A stretch of DNA of 64,000 bases. Origin: Felis catus. Lineage: Eukaryota. The DNA is taken from positions 162,132,001-162,196,000 of the forward strand of contig NC_058368.1 of assembly GCF_018350175.1 (NCBI RefSeq). The letters run 5' to 3'. The notes beneath the pieces are model-generated. The model saw only the letters and a program-made list of their open reading frames with translations, did no database searches and was not told where the DNA came from. Within the stretch, counting starts at the first letter, position 1. The number at the start of each line of letters is the position of its first letter. The position numbers and the translations under genes are program-made. Positions 52,022-64,000 of this stretch are shown one piece after another.

Positions 52022-52295
52022 TACTATAGGCTACTGCTATAACAAACAACCCCAAATCTCTGTAGCTTACCACTAATAGTCAGTTTGGGAGGTACTTGGA
52101 ATATGGCTTTCTGCGTGACGTTTCAGGCTCCTCCCAACTTGTCATTCTGAAAGTTACTAAGGCCTTGGAGGAGTCCTCTGCTGGATCATTTCTATGGAGC
52201 CAGCAGATGTGGGAAGAGAGTAGAGAAAGCATAAAAACTTCATAGCCAATGTAACTCAAAAGAGATATAGTTTAGTGAACACATAGTAATTTCTA
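52022..52295 (-). mobile_element. Old MaLR LTR (MLT1H/J-like)
   Basis: gctataacaaacaaccccaaatctctgtagctta...tttagtgaacacatag. Confidence 0.7.
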
Positions 52296-52545
52296 TGTGG
52301 TGTGGGTTTATTTTCATTTTTTGTTGCAGTAGTAGGTTAAATAGATACATAGGAAAAAAATTTTAAATTCTTGCTCTGAAGATGTTCTTGAATATTTTCT
52401 TTCCTTAATGAATTCACTCTTTATAGGATCTCACTATTTAGAGTTGACATGCCTGAATTGATCATCCAGTCAGTTTGGCTTTCCTTTTTATTTTCCACGA
52501 TTGCATTTTGTTCTCTTCTGGGATTCCCACTACATTAACCTCTAC

Positions 52546-52758
52546 TTTTTTTTTAAATTTTATTTATTTATTTTTGAGAGAGAGAAAAAATACAAGTGGG
52601 AGAGGGGAAGAGAGAGAGGGAAAGAGGGAGAATCCAAAGCAGGCTCCACACTGTCAGTGGGAACCCGATGCAGGACTTGAGCCCATAAACCATGAGATCG
52701 TGACCTGAATCGAAATCAAGAGTAGGACGCTTAACTGACTGAGCCCCTCAGGCACCCC
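52546..52758 (-). mobile_element. Can-SINE
   Basis: gagaatccaaagcaggctccacactgtcag...gagatcgtgacctga...gcttaactgactgagcc. Confidence 0.96.
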
Positions 52759-53583
52759 TCTTTATAGTTTTTAATACTATCCTGATCTTGCTAAATGTTA
52801 AAATATCTTCTTTTACTGCTGATATTCAAAATATATTTTTGACATTCATTTTCCTTTCAAATTGTGTTTCCTAGAAGTTACTGTTTATTTATTTACTTCA
52901 ATCTCCATCTTACATATCTGAGATTTTTATCTGATTTGAGAATTGTTTGTCCCACCCTGTATGCACTAAGATTACTTAAATCTATGAGTGTGTAATAAGA
53001 TTGTTGAGTAGGAGCCAACCATGTAATTTGAACTAAATTGTCTACTTTTTACTTAAAAGATTTCCTAGAACACAATTTTCTATTATCTTACTGGGATTAC
53101 AATGACTTCGAGGAAAGCTGGGGTTCCAGGTATTTTGAACACACCTGATTCTTTAATCTCTACGTTTTTCCATATGATTTCCCCACCCTCAATCATGCCT
53201 GGCTTCCAACAGTCTTTTGTTTAATTCTCCTCAGATCCCACAACCCCCATCTTATACTATGGTGGGGATATAGTACTACAGTCTAAATGGAATGGGGGAA
53301 AGGATGAGGCACTTGTAGCTCCTTAAACTTTTCACCAGTCTTACTAATTATAATCTTGGCCATATCCCACAGTTGCCAATGCCTATGGGAGTGTTAATTT
53401 TTGAACCTTTAGAAGAATGGTGATAGGTTAAAAAAATTATTGTTTTCCATACTGCAGACATGGGTTTAGACTCTCATACTCTACATCTATCCACTCTATC
53501 ACTTCCTTTTAAGCTTCAGAAATGCATTTTCCCTCTCTGATCCCTCTATAGAGTGCTACAAATAACAATCTTTAACCATTCTT

Positions 53584-53624
<41 letters not shown>

Positions 53625-53625
53625 G
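53584..53625. repeat. (TTG)14 trinucleotide microsatellite
   Basis: Perfect TTG run. Confidence 0.97.
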
Positions 53626-53699
53626 CTTATATGATGTTTCAGGAAGAATTGACTATAATTGAGGGCATTCAACCTTTTGTATTTAACCAGCATAACTAT

Positions 53700-53835
53700 T
53701 TCTTTAATGTTTATTTTCCCCTATTAGGCTATAAATATCATACTATCAGGAAGCTGGCTTGTCTAATTCACTGGTTTATCCACATGCCTGAGGAACTCTG
53801 AGAGTGTGAATCCAATAAAATTTCATGGATAAGTG
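53700..53835 (+). mobile_element. L2 3' end fragment
   Basis: ttcccctattaggctataa...cttgtctaattcactggtttatccacatgcctg...caataaaatttcatggat. Confidence 0.65.
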
Positions 53836-54479
53836 GAAAGAAATGTGATGAAAATAACTCAGGGAGATATAGACACTAAAAAATCCTTGCCTTCCACGAA
53901 ACAGTTTTCCTCTTGACCTATTTCAGGTCTAACTTCTTATATAAAATTGGCCCTCTATATATACTTTTTACTCAGAATCCTTGTCCTGTCTCTGGACAAG
54001 CCAAATTCTACTAATCTTATGAAAGTCAGTCTATGGAGGATCCCATTTGAAAACATATTTGGGGATATGCTTTGTATGGGGTCAGTGAAACCATTTTGAA
54101 CATAAATTTTATTAAGAGCATATCTTACATTTATCTCAATCTCTCCTTCTCTCAGTACCTATACTTTATTCTTTTCAAAATTGCCAAATTCCTGATTTTC
54201 AATTTCCTCCTAGTGCCTCTCCTTCTAGTCCAGCTTTCAATGTTCCTATTCCAAATCCAAGGTGATGGAAAGTTATTAGAGGAGATCACAGAACTTTACA
54301 GATTGTAGTTCTTAATTTAGCTGAAATCATGTTTTATTGTTTTTAATGCTTCATCTTGATTTATTGGATACTTAGTTAATTCCAGATACCATATATCATC
54401 CTTATCTTCACAGGATTTATATTTTAGAAAATGTAGACAGATGAGTCAGGCTTAAAATGAGATCATTTCAGGTAGAAAA

Positions 54480-54760
54480 AATTACAACTAATGAAATACT
54501 ATAGGAATATGGATGGCATAGAGAGCTATTAGTGGGGCTGATTTTGTTTGGATTATTATATAAAGTCTCTATGAAAAGATGACATTTTAACAGAGATGTC
54601 AAAAGATGACATTTTAAACAAGAAAGATGGAAATGAGTCAGCCATGCAGCAAGCATGAAAGAGCATGCTAAGCATATGAAGCAACAAATACAAAATTCCT
54701 GTGGCTGTGTTATAATGACTTGTGGGGAGAGCTAAAGACATCCCAATGAGTTGGAACTTT
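54480..54760 (-). mobile_element. L2 fragment
   Basis: aaagtctctatgaaaagatgacattttaacagagat...gagtcagccatgcag...gcaacaaatacaaaattcctgtgg. Confidence 0.65.
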
Positions 54761-55814
54761 AGTATGATTTCAAAATCTTTCCTGGGTATCATATGTGGAA
54801 TGGATTGTTATAAAAATGGGCCATTATATCAATAGTTCACATAAAAGCATAGCCTGGTATTCTGACAATATCAATACCAATGGTCCAAAAAAATTATATG
54901 GGCATTTTACAATGAAAACCAGGATGTCATAACTCAGTAAATTCTAGTCCAAATGTCCTTTTTATACATAGAATATTTTTTTTAATTTTATGAATTAAAA
55001 TTTTATTCACCTTAAAGCATAAAACCATGAGGATCCTCATGAATTGTGTAAATAGTTTAAGTACTTTTCAAAAGAATTAATGCCACTTGGCCAGCAAAAT
55101 CATTGCTAGGCTATAGGATCATTCTTGATTAAATCCATAGCACAAGAGAAACATGTTTTCTAATTTTAGATAGGAGACCATCATGTAGGTATTAGAAGAG
55201 AGTTATATTTTAATCTTTAGTAAATAGAAGTTCAAGGGTAAAAGTGTACTTACTGCATTTATTTTGATCCTATCGTCTGATCTGGTATAATTTATTAATA
55301 TTTCAGAAGATTTGAAAATAAGGGAAGAATCATGCCAATGAGTGTCTCCACAGCAACTGCATTTTAATGACCTACTGCAGAGCTGAATTTTTTACTTCCC
55401 CAATTCCAGAAATGAAGTATATATCCCCTCCCCTCTCACCATTCCCTCCCTTTACACCCATAGCCATTCTCAAATGTCTACCACATTGAAAGTGTAATAG
55501 AACCTGGAGAGAAAATAGAGGGGTCAGACCAAGCACTCTGATTTTTATTCTTAATTATACTCAAAAAAGGGTAGAAGTTTTCAATAGATACCTGGATTTG
55601 TAACGAAATCCCAGTAGCTTCATAGAGCAGATCCTGAGAGAATTTGCCAACCCATTAGCCGGACTTCACATTCAGGCAAGCATGAGCACTCCACTGAGTT
55701 ACCAAAGCCTTAATCTGCATAGAACTGAGCTAGGTTTCATCATCAGAATGCATGCAATTCTTATATACCCCACTGTTTTATGAGCATAAAAAAAGTAAAA
55801 GAAATAGAAGAACA

Positions 55815-56263
55815 ATTATAGGTAGAATTGTTTCCCCAAAATATGTGAAGTCATAAATGCAATCCCAGAATATTCCTTATTTGGAAATAGGGTAATTGTG
55901 TATATAATTAGCTAAGACAATTTCATACTGCAGGAGGATGGATCCTTAATCTAGTATGCCTACAGTCTTCATGATAAGATGGAAATTTTTAAACAGAATC
56001 AAAGGGGAGAATGTCATTTGAAGACATAGGCAGAGACTGAGTACTGCAGCTGGAAGATGAGCAGCCAAATATCTCTAGCAGATCCCCCACCCCCAAAGTT
56101 AGGAAGATGTAGAAAGGATGTTTCTTTACCATTTTTTTGGACACATGGCCCTGCTGACACCTTGATTTTAGACTTCTATTTCCTGAGCTGATGCAATAAT
56201 CTCTATTGTTTTAGACCACCCAGTTTGTGGTATTTTGTTACATAACCCTAGAAAATTAATACA
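55815..56263 (+). mobile_element. MaLR solo LTR (MLT1C-like)
   Basis: ccttatttggaaataggg, catggccctgctgacaccttgattttagacttct, ccacccagtttgtggtattttgtta...ctagaaaattaataca. Confidence 0.93.
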
Positions 56264-56524
56264 GAAATGTTTATCCAAAATCTTCTGGACAAATAGATTC
56301 ATCCAAAAAAACCTACTATTTCATATTAAAACAGTCTAAGTTTCTTTTAATGATCAAGTGTATGTAATTCTACACACCATCTCCAGCCATCAAGAATAGC
56401 TATAGAAAGATAACAACCAGGTATAGTAAATAATGTAAGTAAGGAATACTACCTTTTTTGGCTTATACGTATTGTGTTTAATTTGTAAGCCATCTACAAC
56501 ATTTAGGAAGGAGCAAATTAGCAT

Positions 56525-57135
56525 TACTTCTGACATCTACTACAAGTTCAAGGGTTTGCCAAAACACTATAAGTTTAATAATTTGTAGGATGGATTCACA
56601 ATATTTACAAAAAGGTATTTTACTTACAGTTACAGTTTATTACAATACAATGACATGGATTAATATCAGCCAAGGAAGGGGTATATGGAACAGGATTCAG
56701 GAGAGTTCCAAGGATGGAGCTTCCAGTTGTCCTTCTCCACTGGGGGCAGGCAGAGCTTACTTTTCTCAGCAATTATGTGTCACAATATGCATGGAGTATT
56801 GCTAAGAAGATAACCAGAGTCTTGGTTTCTAGAGTTTCTATCAGCCTTGGTTTCTAGAGTTTTCTGTGTCACATAGAAATGGTTGACTGCTTGCATTACT
56901 GAGATGGGTTTCCAGCCTTTCCAGAGGTTCAACCTTTCCAAACTCTCAAACCCTTCCAAGGCCCCACAATAAATCATATTGTTAGCATAGACTATGTGGT
57001 GTAGGCTGATGCCCTCAGATGAAGAAAACACACTCTTTTCAGGCAGAACTCTTCAGGGGCTTAGAGATTATCTTCCAGGAGCTGACTGCTAGTCAAATGT
57101 TTCTTTTAGTGAGGTTAATCCTTTTTTTCATGATA
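56525..57135 (-). mobile_element. MER21-type LTR (MER21C-like)
   Basis: The minus strand has gataatctctaagccc and atagtctatgctaacaatatgatttattgtggggccttgg. The plus strand has acagttacagtttattaca and ggagcttccagttgtcc. Confidence 0.85.
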
Positions 57136-57635
57136 TCATACATTTCAATTCTTAGAATACATGATGCTACGTAGCAGCTTGAGAGGACTCTGATCTTTTT
57201 GCTTAATTAATTCTTACTGATCCTTCAGGTCTCTGTTGTTCCCTTGGAGAAGTCTTTCCTAACCCAGTTAAGTTATAAAATTTTAGAGATAGACCAGAGT
57301 TTACTATGTGCCTCAATGTTATCATCAGGCCATTCCATCTTTCCCACTCTCCTTATCACATGGGCTTATCATTTTTGTCTTTCATATGATGGCTGTCACA
57401 GTTACAAACATTATTTTCTTATACAAGCAACTCAGAAAGAAGATAGATTATGAGTAAGGTCTTCTCTTTGAGAGGTTGTTATTTTGAATTTCAAAGAAAT
57501 AATGCCACACAAAAATCTTCTTGCCCCTGAATGGGATCATATGGCCACCCATAGCTACAGGAAATGTAAGAAAAGTATGTATCCAGCAAAGGGGAGCAGG
57601 ATTATGATTGGCCAGGGTCAATCATGAAACATTTC

Positions 57636-57834
57636 AGTGCGCCTGGGTGGCTCAGTCGGTTAAATGCTGACTTCGGCTTGGGTTACAATCTCACGGTTTG
57701 TGAGTTCAAGCCTTGTGTCTGGCTCTGTGCTAATAGCTCAGAGCCTGGAACCTACTTTGGATTCTCTCTGTCCTTCCCCTGCTTGTGCTCACTCTCTCTC
57801 TCTCTCTCTCAAATATAAATAAACATTTAAAAAA
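57636..57834 (+). mobile_element. Can-SINE
   Basis: gcgcctgggtggctcagtcggttaa. TSD aatcatgaaacatttc / aatcatgagacatttc. Confidence 0.96.
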
Positions 57835-57914
57835 ATCATGAGACATTTCTTGGGTCTGCCTTTGGTATTTTTCTATATACTTTTCTTCCTATTTTCCCTA
57901 TTAATTTCAATGCT

Positions 57915-58055
57915 TTGGGTAAAATTGTTTAATCTGAGCCTAATTTTTCTTCATTTGTAAAATAATGATAGTAGTTTTTGGAGTATAGTGAGGTTTAAAA
58001 GATGACAGTGATGTGTGGGGTTTTTTGCATACCTGGCATATAGTGGATGTTTTAC
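57915..58055 (+). mobile_element. MIR fragment
   Basis: tctgagcctaatttttcttcatttgtaaaataatgatagtag...gtgaggtttaaaagatga...acctggcatatagt. Confidence 0.75.
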
Positions 58056-58364
58056 ATGAGAAATAAAAGGGTAAAAATTGTGCCTCAAAATTGTAGACCA
58101 GTTGAATATGGAAACAGTAAAGAAGCCAGTACCTCTGGAAAGACTTTATGCTCCCTATTTAGGCCTTTGTTAGCTTTGTTGTGTGTGTTAACAGAGCAGA
58201 GCCGAGCCCACACTTAGAGGAAAGCAGCCAGGGCCAGCAGGTGCACACAGTAGTCACCCTCTGGAACTCCCTCCATTTTTAGAGCCTTTCCTTCTTCCTT
58301 GAATTCATTTGGGTTCAGTAAATCCACCCAGACTATTTTGATTTCAAAAAAAGAAAAAAAGATT

Positions 58365-58578
58365 GGGTGCCTAGGTGGCTCAGTCAGTTGAACATCCGAC
58401 CTCAGCTCAGGTCACGATCTCACAGTTTATGAGTTCAAGCCCCACATCTGGCTCCTTCCCATAAGCTGGAGACTGTTTCAGATCCCTCTGTTTCCCTCTC
58501 TCCCTGCCCCTCCCCCACTTGTGCGCACACTCTCTGTCTCTCAAAAATAAATAAATGTTTTAGAAAAAGAGAAAAAAA
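58365..58578 (+). mobile_element. Can-SINE (with internal deletion)
   Basis: gggtgcctaggtggctcagtcagttgaacatccgac, CT tract and aaaaataaataaatg tail. Confidence 0.95.
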
Positions 58579-60069
58579 TATGTATTCTACTAATGTTAGA
58601 AAAAATAGGGCAGAGCCTGGAGCCATAGTTTGTCCCCCTCATATTCTTGCCATTTTTACTTTTGTATTCTTTTTATTCAAGAAAAATAAGGCTTGTCTAT
58701 TCAGAGAAATCTTTTGTTAACTTATATGCCAGCACTGCACATGGGCTAATTGAAGGTGATTTTCTAAGGACAACTATTATATTCAAAACACAAAAGAACT
58801 TCACAAAAGTGCTTTCTAAAATATCAGATACAATGTGAGCATTAAGTTGGTGTGACAGGACATGGCCACTGTTGCTGGCTGAGCCCCAGGCCTAGAAATG
58901 TATATGTGTGATGATTCTAAGGTAATGTGTAAGGCCTATCTAGTTGAAAACCTTTGGCATGGTTATAAATCTAGTAGTAGGAATACAGAAGTGAGGTGTC
59001 TGGAACTTACAATTCGGGATAATTTCATTGTCACCAAAGGCAGCCATGTGGTCCAGCTATAGGATAGAAGTACTAAGAACAAGTTAACTCAGAGTTGCTC
59101 GGACACAGTATTATTCTCACAATGAAAAAAGGCCTATAAAACCAGATGTTCTCAAGTGGTTAAAGAAGTTACAGCAGAGTTTCCATGACTTTACTCTGTG
59201 ATAAGTCCTTGAGCCTATTATCTTTGGATTTGATATTTTACTTTAAATAAATAAGCACTTGCTATCATGGTGAATACACAACCAGAGCCTGACTTCTTGC
59301 TAACCCATTAATTTCCTGGAAGTGATTAGGCAGAATATAAAAAACAACCTTTCCAATAACCACAGTAACAAAACCCAGACTCCCAGCACTTATACAAGTG
59401 CTGTGAAAACAAATGTTCTCTAACAACATCCATCTTGTTCACTTGTACAGCATTCTTCTCCCAAGTCTGGTAGGTGAACTGCCACCATTAAAATCATACT
59501 CTGAGCATTTGAAGTATTCAGATGAAAAGCAATATGGAATTGCAAACACACAATAATGAGTACTATTTTTACTTTAAAGAGAGAATGTTACTTTAATGTG
59601 ATTTCCTGTTATATTCCTCTTAGATCTTTCCCAGTACTATTACAATGCCTTTCTAGAAATCTTAGAATGACGAACTATAAAATATGCTTTTAGAGCAAGC
59701 TGTTTTACTGGTATGGTTCTCAAATCTGGAATCAAAAGAGAAATTGCTTTTTCTTTATTAGCCTATGTATGTTAAGTTCTAGAAAAGGAAAATTGGAGCA
59801 TGGAGTGAATTTGAATATTAAGTACTGTATTAGGGAAAAAAGCAGTTAAACAGAATTATATGCTATTTATTAACATTTTTCTTTAAAAAATAGACCCATT
59901 AGATAGACTGTTATAGTTAATGTGATGCCAATGTAATCCTAGAAGCATCATGAGCACTCTGTAGACCACAAAACATTGTTTCAGTGTTAGAAATACCAAA
60001 ATATGAATTTCAAAGTGTATTATTAGTCTGATTATAACACTACTGTTTATTTTTGTACAATAAATTAAA

Positions 60070-60358
60070 AAATAATTTCCTAAAGTGCATTCTGCAAAAA
60101 TTTAGTTCCTCATATACCCAAGAAAGAAAGCATTTCTGTTGTCCATTATGTTTGAAGATCATATACTATAATCTTCTTTGGAAATCCAACATATTAAATT
60201 ATCACTCTGATGAGCTTTGAAAGAAAGCTTAACTTTCTTTCAAATCTTTCTTTCAATTCAACTTAGTTTAAGTTACAGTTTTCCTTTTTTTTATCTTAGA
60301 AACGTTTCTTTCTGCCTGATCTTCTATACTATCCAGCATAAACAGAGTGTCACAGAAT
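60070..60358. mobile_element. Charlie4-like hAT MITE relic
   Basis: tttcctaaagtgcattctg...tagttcc...atactataatcttctttggaaatc...ctctgatgag...agaaagcttaacttt. Confidence 0.5.
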
Positions 60359-60556
60359 TTTTTTTTTCAGAAAAACTAAAGTAAGGCAAATATTAATGAA
60401 CATCAAGGTCAAATCAACATTATATGCCTGGCAGAGTATCTGATAAAATTCCCAAAGGCCCCCATAAAGCATGCTGTATAAATGTCTCTATTTTAACAAG
60501 CAGAAAAATCAAGGACATGTAACCCTGACTAGTTGTAAGATGTTATGAAAACCCCA

Positions 60557-60690
60557 GGGGTTAAGTGTCCGACTTCAGCTCAGGTCATGATCTCAAGGCT
60601 CGTGAGTTCAAGACCTACATGGGGCTCTGTGTTAACAGTTCTGAGCATGTAGCCTGCTTCAGATTCTGTCTCTCTCTTTGCCCCTCCTGT

Positions 60691-60739
<49 letters not shown>

Positions 60740-60757
60740 AATAAACATTAAAAAAAA
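60557..60757 (+). mobile_element. Can-SINE lacking the A-box segment
   Basis: gggg is joined directly to ttaagtgtccgacttcagc. Long (CT)n. Flanks gaaaacccca / gaaaactcca. Confidence 0.95.
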
Positions 60758-62687
60758 GAAAACTCCAATAAGCTATTTTATTGATCTTGCTTAATCCTGT
60801 CTTAGAAAGTAGTTATCAACTTATTGTTGAGTTCTCTAGCTGTTTTTATATCTAATATAATGGGGGTATAAACTCTCCTGCTATCTCTTATATCAGATTT
60901 TATTAATTTTATTTGACTTGATGACATTTATAATACTGATATCATAGTATTTATTTAATATTACCTTTTATATGGCTCAGTGTATTCTAAAATTTTTAGT
61001 TAGCATTAACAAGCAACATAAATGTTTCTAAGTTACTTTAATCTTCTTAAATGCTGTATATCCTGTATGATTTTCAACTAGGCAATTATCAAAATTTATA
61101 TACACTACTTATATGATTTCTTCAATAGATAATAAAGATAATTACTTAAGATACAGTGTACCAAGATGTGGTTCAACAGATGGAAATTTTTTTGTAAATA
61201 TACTTGGGAAAATTCTGTGTGATATACCTCTAGCACATTTTAAGTATTTGTCATTTTTTAGTTTCACTTTGGACTTAGATCTTTTATAGAATCAACTTGA
61301 TAAATTGACAACAATTACTATTTTCTTGTTATGAATCTCAATTGTCCCTGTTTGGTAGGTGGGAACTTTGATTCTCTGGCATCTTCATTATCATTGGTAC
61401 TATTTTAGACATCTTTGCAAGTATCTTTGCTTTTGGGAAGTAACAAAATATCCCTGAATTATCTTTACTTTTCTTCCCCAAAGCATTGATTAAGCTGACT
61501 CTTAGGACAATATTAGAGGTCCAAATTCGGGTCCTAAAGTTCCACTGAAAATAGCTCTTTGTAAGCACGGGTGGCAAGCAGGGTGACCGCAGAAGTTTCA
61601 GAAGCTCACTTTTGTCCTAGAAGGGATTTTTTTAAAATATATTTTGAAGTCATATTTATTTCTCTAATCTTAAATGTACAGAGTTCTTATCCTGCTCTGA
61701 TCTAAGCTGTATTTAATGTATTTTTCATTTTGTTGAGCTAGCAGCTTATCTCCTTTCTGTCATTAAAGACTTTTTTAGCAACTGTAATGTATTATGTTAT
61801 TTATTTTCTATCAAAGAACACTCATTAAGTAGCATTCCCATTTATATTACTCAAATATTAAAAGAACTATGTATCCAAGATAAAACATTTTTAAATTTTC
61901 TATGGACTATTTGAAATGTTGAAAATAATTCACAACTCAGTTATTTCCTGCTACTGATTTCATAATTGGTGTGGATGAGTGGCAAAACATAATTTGGATC
62001 TAAATATAGTGATGAGACTTAGACCTAATGTTAAAGCAAAGTAGGAAAGTGGTATCATGAGTGCAGTCAGACAAAATTCCTGGAGGACCAGAAATGGTAC
62101 AGAGTTGAGGCAGCCCCTGCCCATACCTGAAACAAGCACTGGGGTGGAAGTACCCCGAAGTACTACCACCTTAAGGAAGTGTTAGGAGTGACCATGGTGA
62201 ATGGTTCAAAGTGTATTCTTTAATTGTAAGGTAGCCAGAATTAAGGGATACATACTTTGAAAAACACGTGAGAAAATGAGACCTTGCAGAAGGGCAAGGC
62301 ATTCAGAAGCAAATGAAATGAAGTGAGGCTGGAAGTTTTCCTAAACTTGTTTGCTGTTAACTACTGGTAAGTGCATTCTTGACACATGAAAAATATCATC
62401 ATAGACTAGATATTAAGGAACCAGAGAGGAAGCACATTGTGGTATTTATTTAATAGGCATGATCATATGAATAATCTAAACTTTCCTTTGTGTGTGCTGA
62501 TGAGGACCACTGGCAGTATGCAAGTAAATAAATAGATGAAATAGTTTTGATATTTGCTAGTAAGGGTAACAACCAGGTAGTAAAGAGCACATGTGTGTGT
62601 GTGTAAGATTACTTCAGGAAGATTAGTACCAATCTAGAGATAGACACAAACCTATGGCTGTGTGATATGTGGAAGTCCAACCAAATT

Positions 62688-62912
62688 GGGGTGCCTGGGT
62701 TGCTCAGACGGTTAAGCAGTTAAGTGTCCGACTTTGGCTCATGATTTCATGGTTTGTGGGTTTGAGCCCCTGGTTGGGCTCTGTGCTGACCGCTCAGAGC
62801 CTGGGGCCTGCTTCGGATTCTGTGTCTCCCTCCCTCTCTGCTGCTCCACTACTCGTGCTCTGTCTCTCTGTCTCTGTCTCTGTCTCTCTCAAAAAGAAAA
62901 CATTTTTAAAAA
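62688..62912 (+). mobile_element. Can-SINE
   Basis: ggggtgcctgggttgctcagacggttaagcagttaag (small internal duplication), CT tract and tail. Confidence 0.96.
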
Positions 62913-64000
62913 GGCCCAATCAAACTAAAATCATAAATGAACGTTCTGTTATTAGTTAAAGAGGACTGATATTTTAGTTTTGCAAATAAATGATTATAAT
63001 ATACTTGGATAATGTTCATTATTTCTATATGACCAGATTAGTCTGAGTATTGATAAAACTCACAAATTCACAGAGTGATAACATGTTGGACCTATAAAAC
63101 AGTTTGAAATTGCATATTTTGCAAATAGACAATAATCAAATGTTCTCAAAAGCAAACTACCCAATGTCTTGTATGTAAATGGAACTTTTCCTGTTATTAA
63201 ATGGACGTGTTTGTTTTAAATTGCTTTTCATGTTGACCACTTACTTTGAAAATAATAGATAACTTTCTTAGATATTGGGTCTTTTCCCCAGGAAATGTTT
63301 TACAATATTTTTACATCAATTCTGAGGCTTGATTTTGATTTATTAGCTTCTAATTGTGTCAGCAGTAATATCCTTTTCAAAAGAGGAGATGTTTAAAAGT
63401 AGATTTTGATCCTATAAAATCCCTACGAGTAGTGGAAATATATCAATAGTCAGTTTGCATCAATGCAAGATATTTTCATTTCCAACCTTATTACCAATAT
63501 TGATAAAAACATGTACTTTGAGTAAAATGAAAACATGCAGATGGTATCTAGATACAGACAAGATGTTAGCACTTTAATTTTATTTGGAAAAGAATGTGTA
63601 CTTCCACGAAAGCTTTAATAAATAGAATAAACATACTATGAGGAAGAAGCAAAATATGGCAAGAAAAGTGTTCCGAAAAATAGTATTTTTTTTACTTTTT
63701 TTGGCTATGACTACAAAATAACAGATGTTTTCCTGAGAAGAAAAGCCAGCTTCAAGATAATGTCATCCTTTTGAATAAAATACTAAAAACATTTAAATGA
63801 AAAAGTAATACATGACTAATAAAGTAAAACCCTGATCTTTCGTTTGAGAAGTAAAGAGCACAATTCAGCTAGGCTAAAAGGCCTTACCTGAATAGTCATG
63901 TTTTGATTTAAATTTAAGAAACTCACGATACATGGAATGCTTTCCACCGTCACTTTTTAAGATCTAGTTGTTATAATTTATTAGATATTAGAAATTGTTA

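Larger units (their letters stand above)
51665..53692 (-). mobile_element. HAL1 (half-L1) remnant, interrupted by an MLT1 LTR, a SINE and (GTT)n
   Basis: 3' part tcttttagccaattattttgacatttacctacatatctctaaataa...ttccactatggaa. 5' part ends cattcaaccttttgtatttaaccag. Both resemble antisense HAL1. Confidence 0.55.

Noticed and set aside
58223..58236. CTCF-like ccagcaggtgcac
   Set aside because: It lacks one G of the CCAGCAGGTGGCAC core; only an E-box remains
62143..62170. Small hairpin ggtggaagtac-cccgaa-gtactaccacc
   Set aside because: An 11-bp stem with one mismatch is too short for a pre-miRNA and is plausible by chance
536..62912. SINE heads as tRNA genes
   Set aside because: The A/B-box-like heads continue into SINE body, CT tract and tail with TSDs; they are tRNA-derived SINEs, not tRNAs
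552..62959. Short ORFs (60-127 aa) in the supplied track
   Set aside because: Many overlap SINEs (MAQSVK.../SLSLSLS peptides), antisense L1, LTRs or microsatellites. The rest have low-complexity F/I/L/K composition and no domain I recognise.
1..64000. CRISPR array, prokaryotic operon or CpG-island promoter
   Set aside because: No regularly spaced repeat-spacer units and no gene-dense region; CpGs are concentrated in young SINEs

Overview
This is AT-rich mammalian non-coding DNA (intronic or intergenic), almost certainly from a felid, because it carries about 29 tRNA-derived carnivore SINEs including the feline SINEC_Fc type. It also holds carnivore-specific and ancient L1 fragments (one about 3.1 kb), a HAL1 remnant, L2 and MIR relics, MaLR (MLT1) and MER21-type LTRs, DNA-transposon MITEs (MER58A, Tigger2a-like, Charlie4-like) and several microsatellites. 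I can support no protein-coding gene, RNA gene or CRISPR array; the supplied ORFs read as repeat or low-complexity artefacts, or as chance ORFs. I found no evidence of a new multi-gene system. The most unusual structure is an inverted local duplication of about 340 bp: 30168-30513 is the reverse complement of 38957-39293. The copy is fused to a carnivore L1 3' fragment on one side and to an (AAAAT)n-like tail on the other, which suggests a chimeric L1-mediated or templated insertion copied from about 8.4 kb away. Other points are a tail-to-tail inverted SINE pair about 40 bp apart, three very young SINE copies with perfect TSDs, a tail-less SINE, and a SINE whose tail is a (CA)n microsatellite. 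Repeat family names were recognised by eye and boundaries are approximate.
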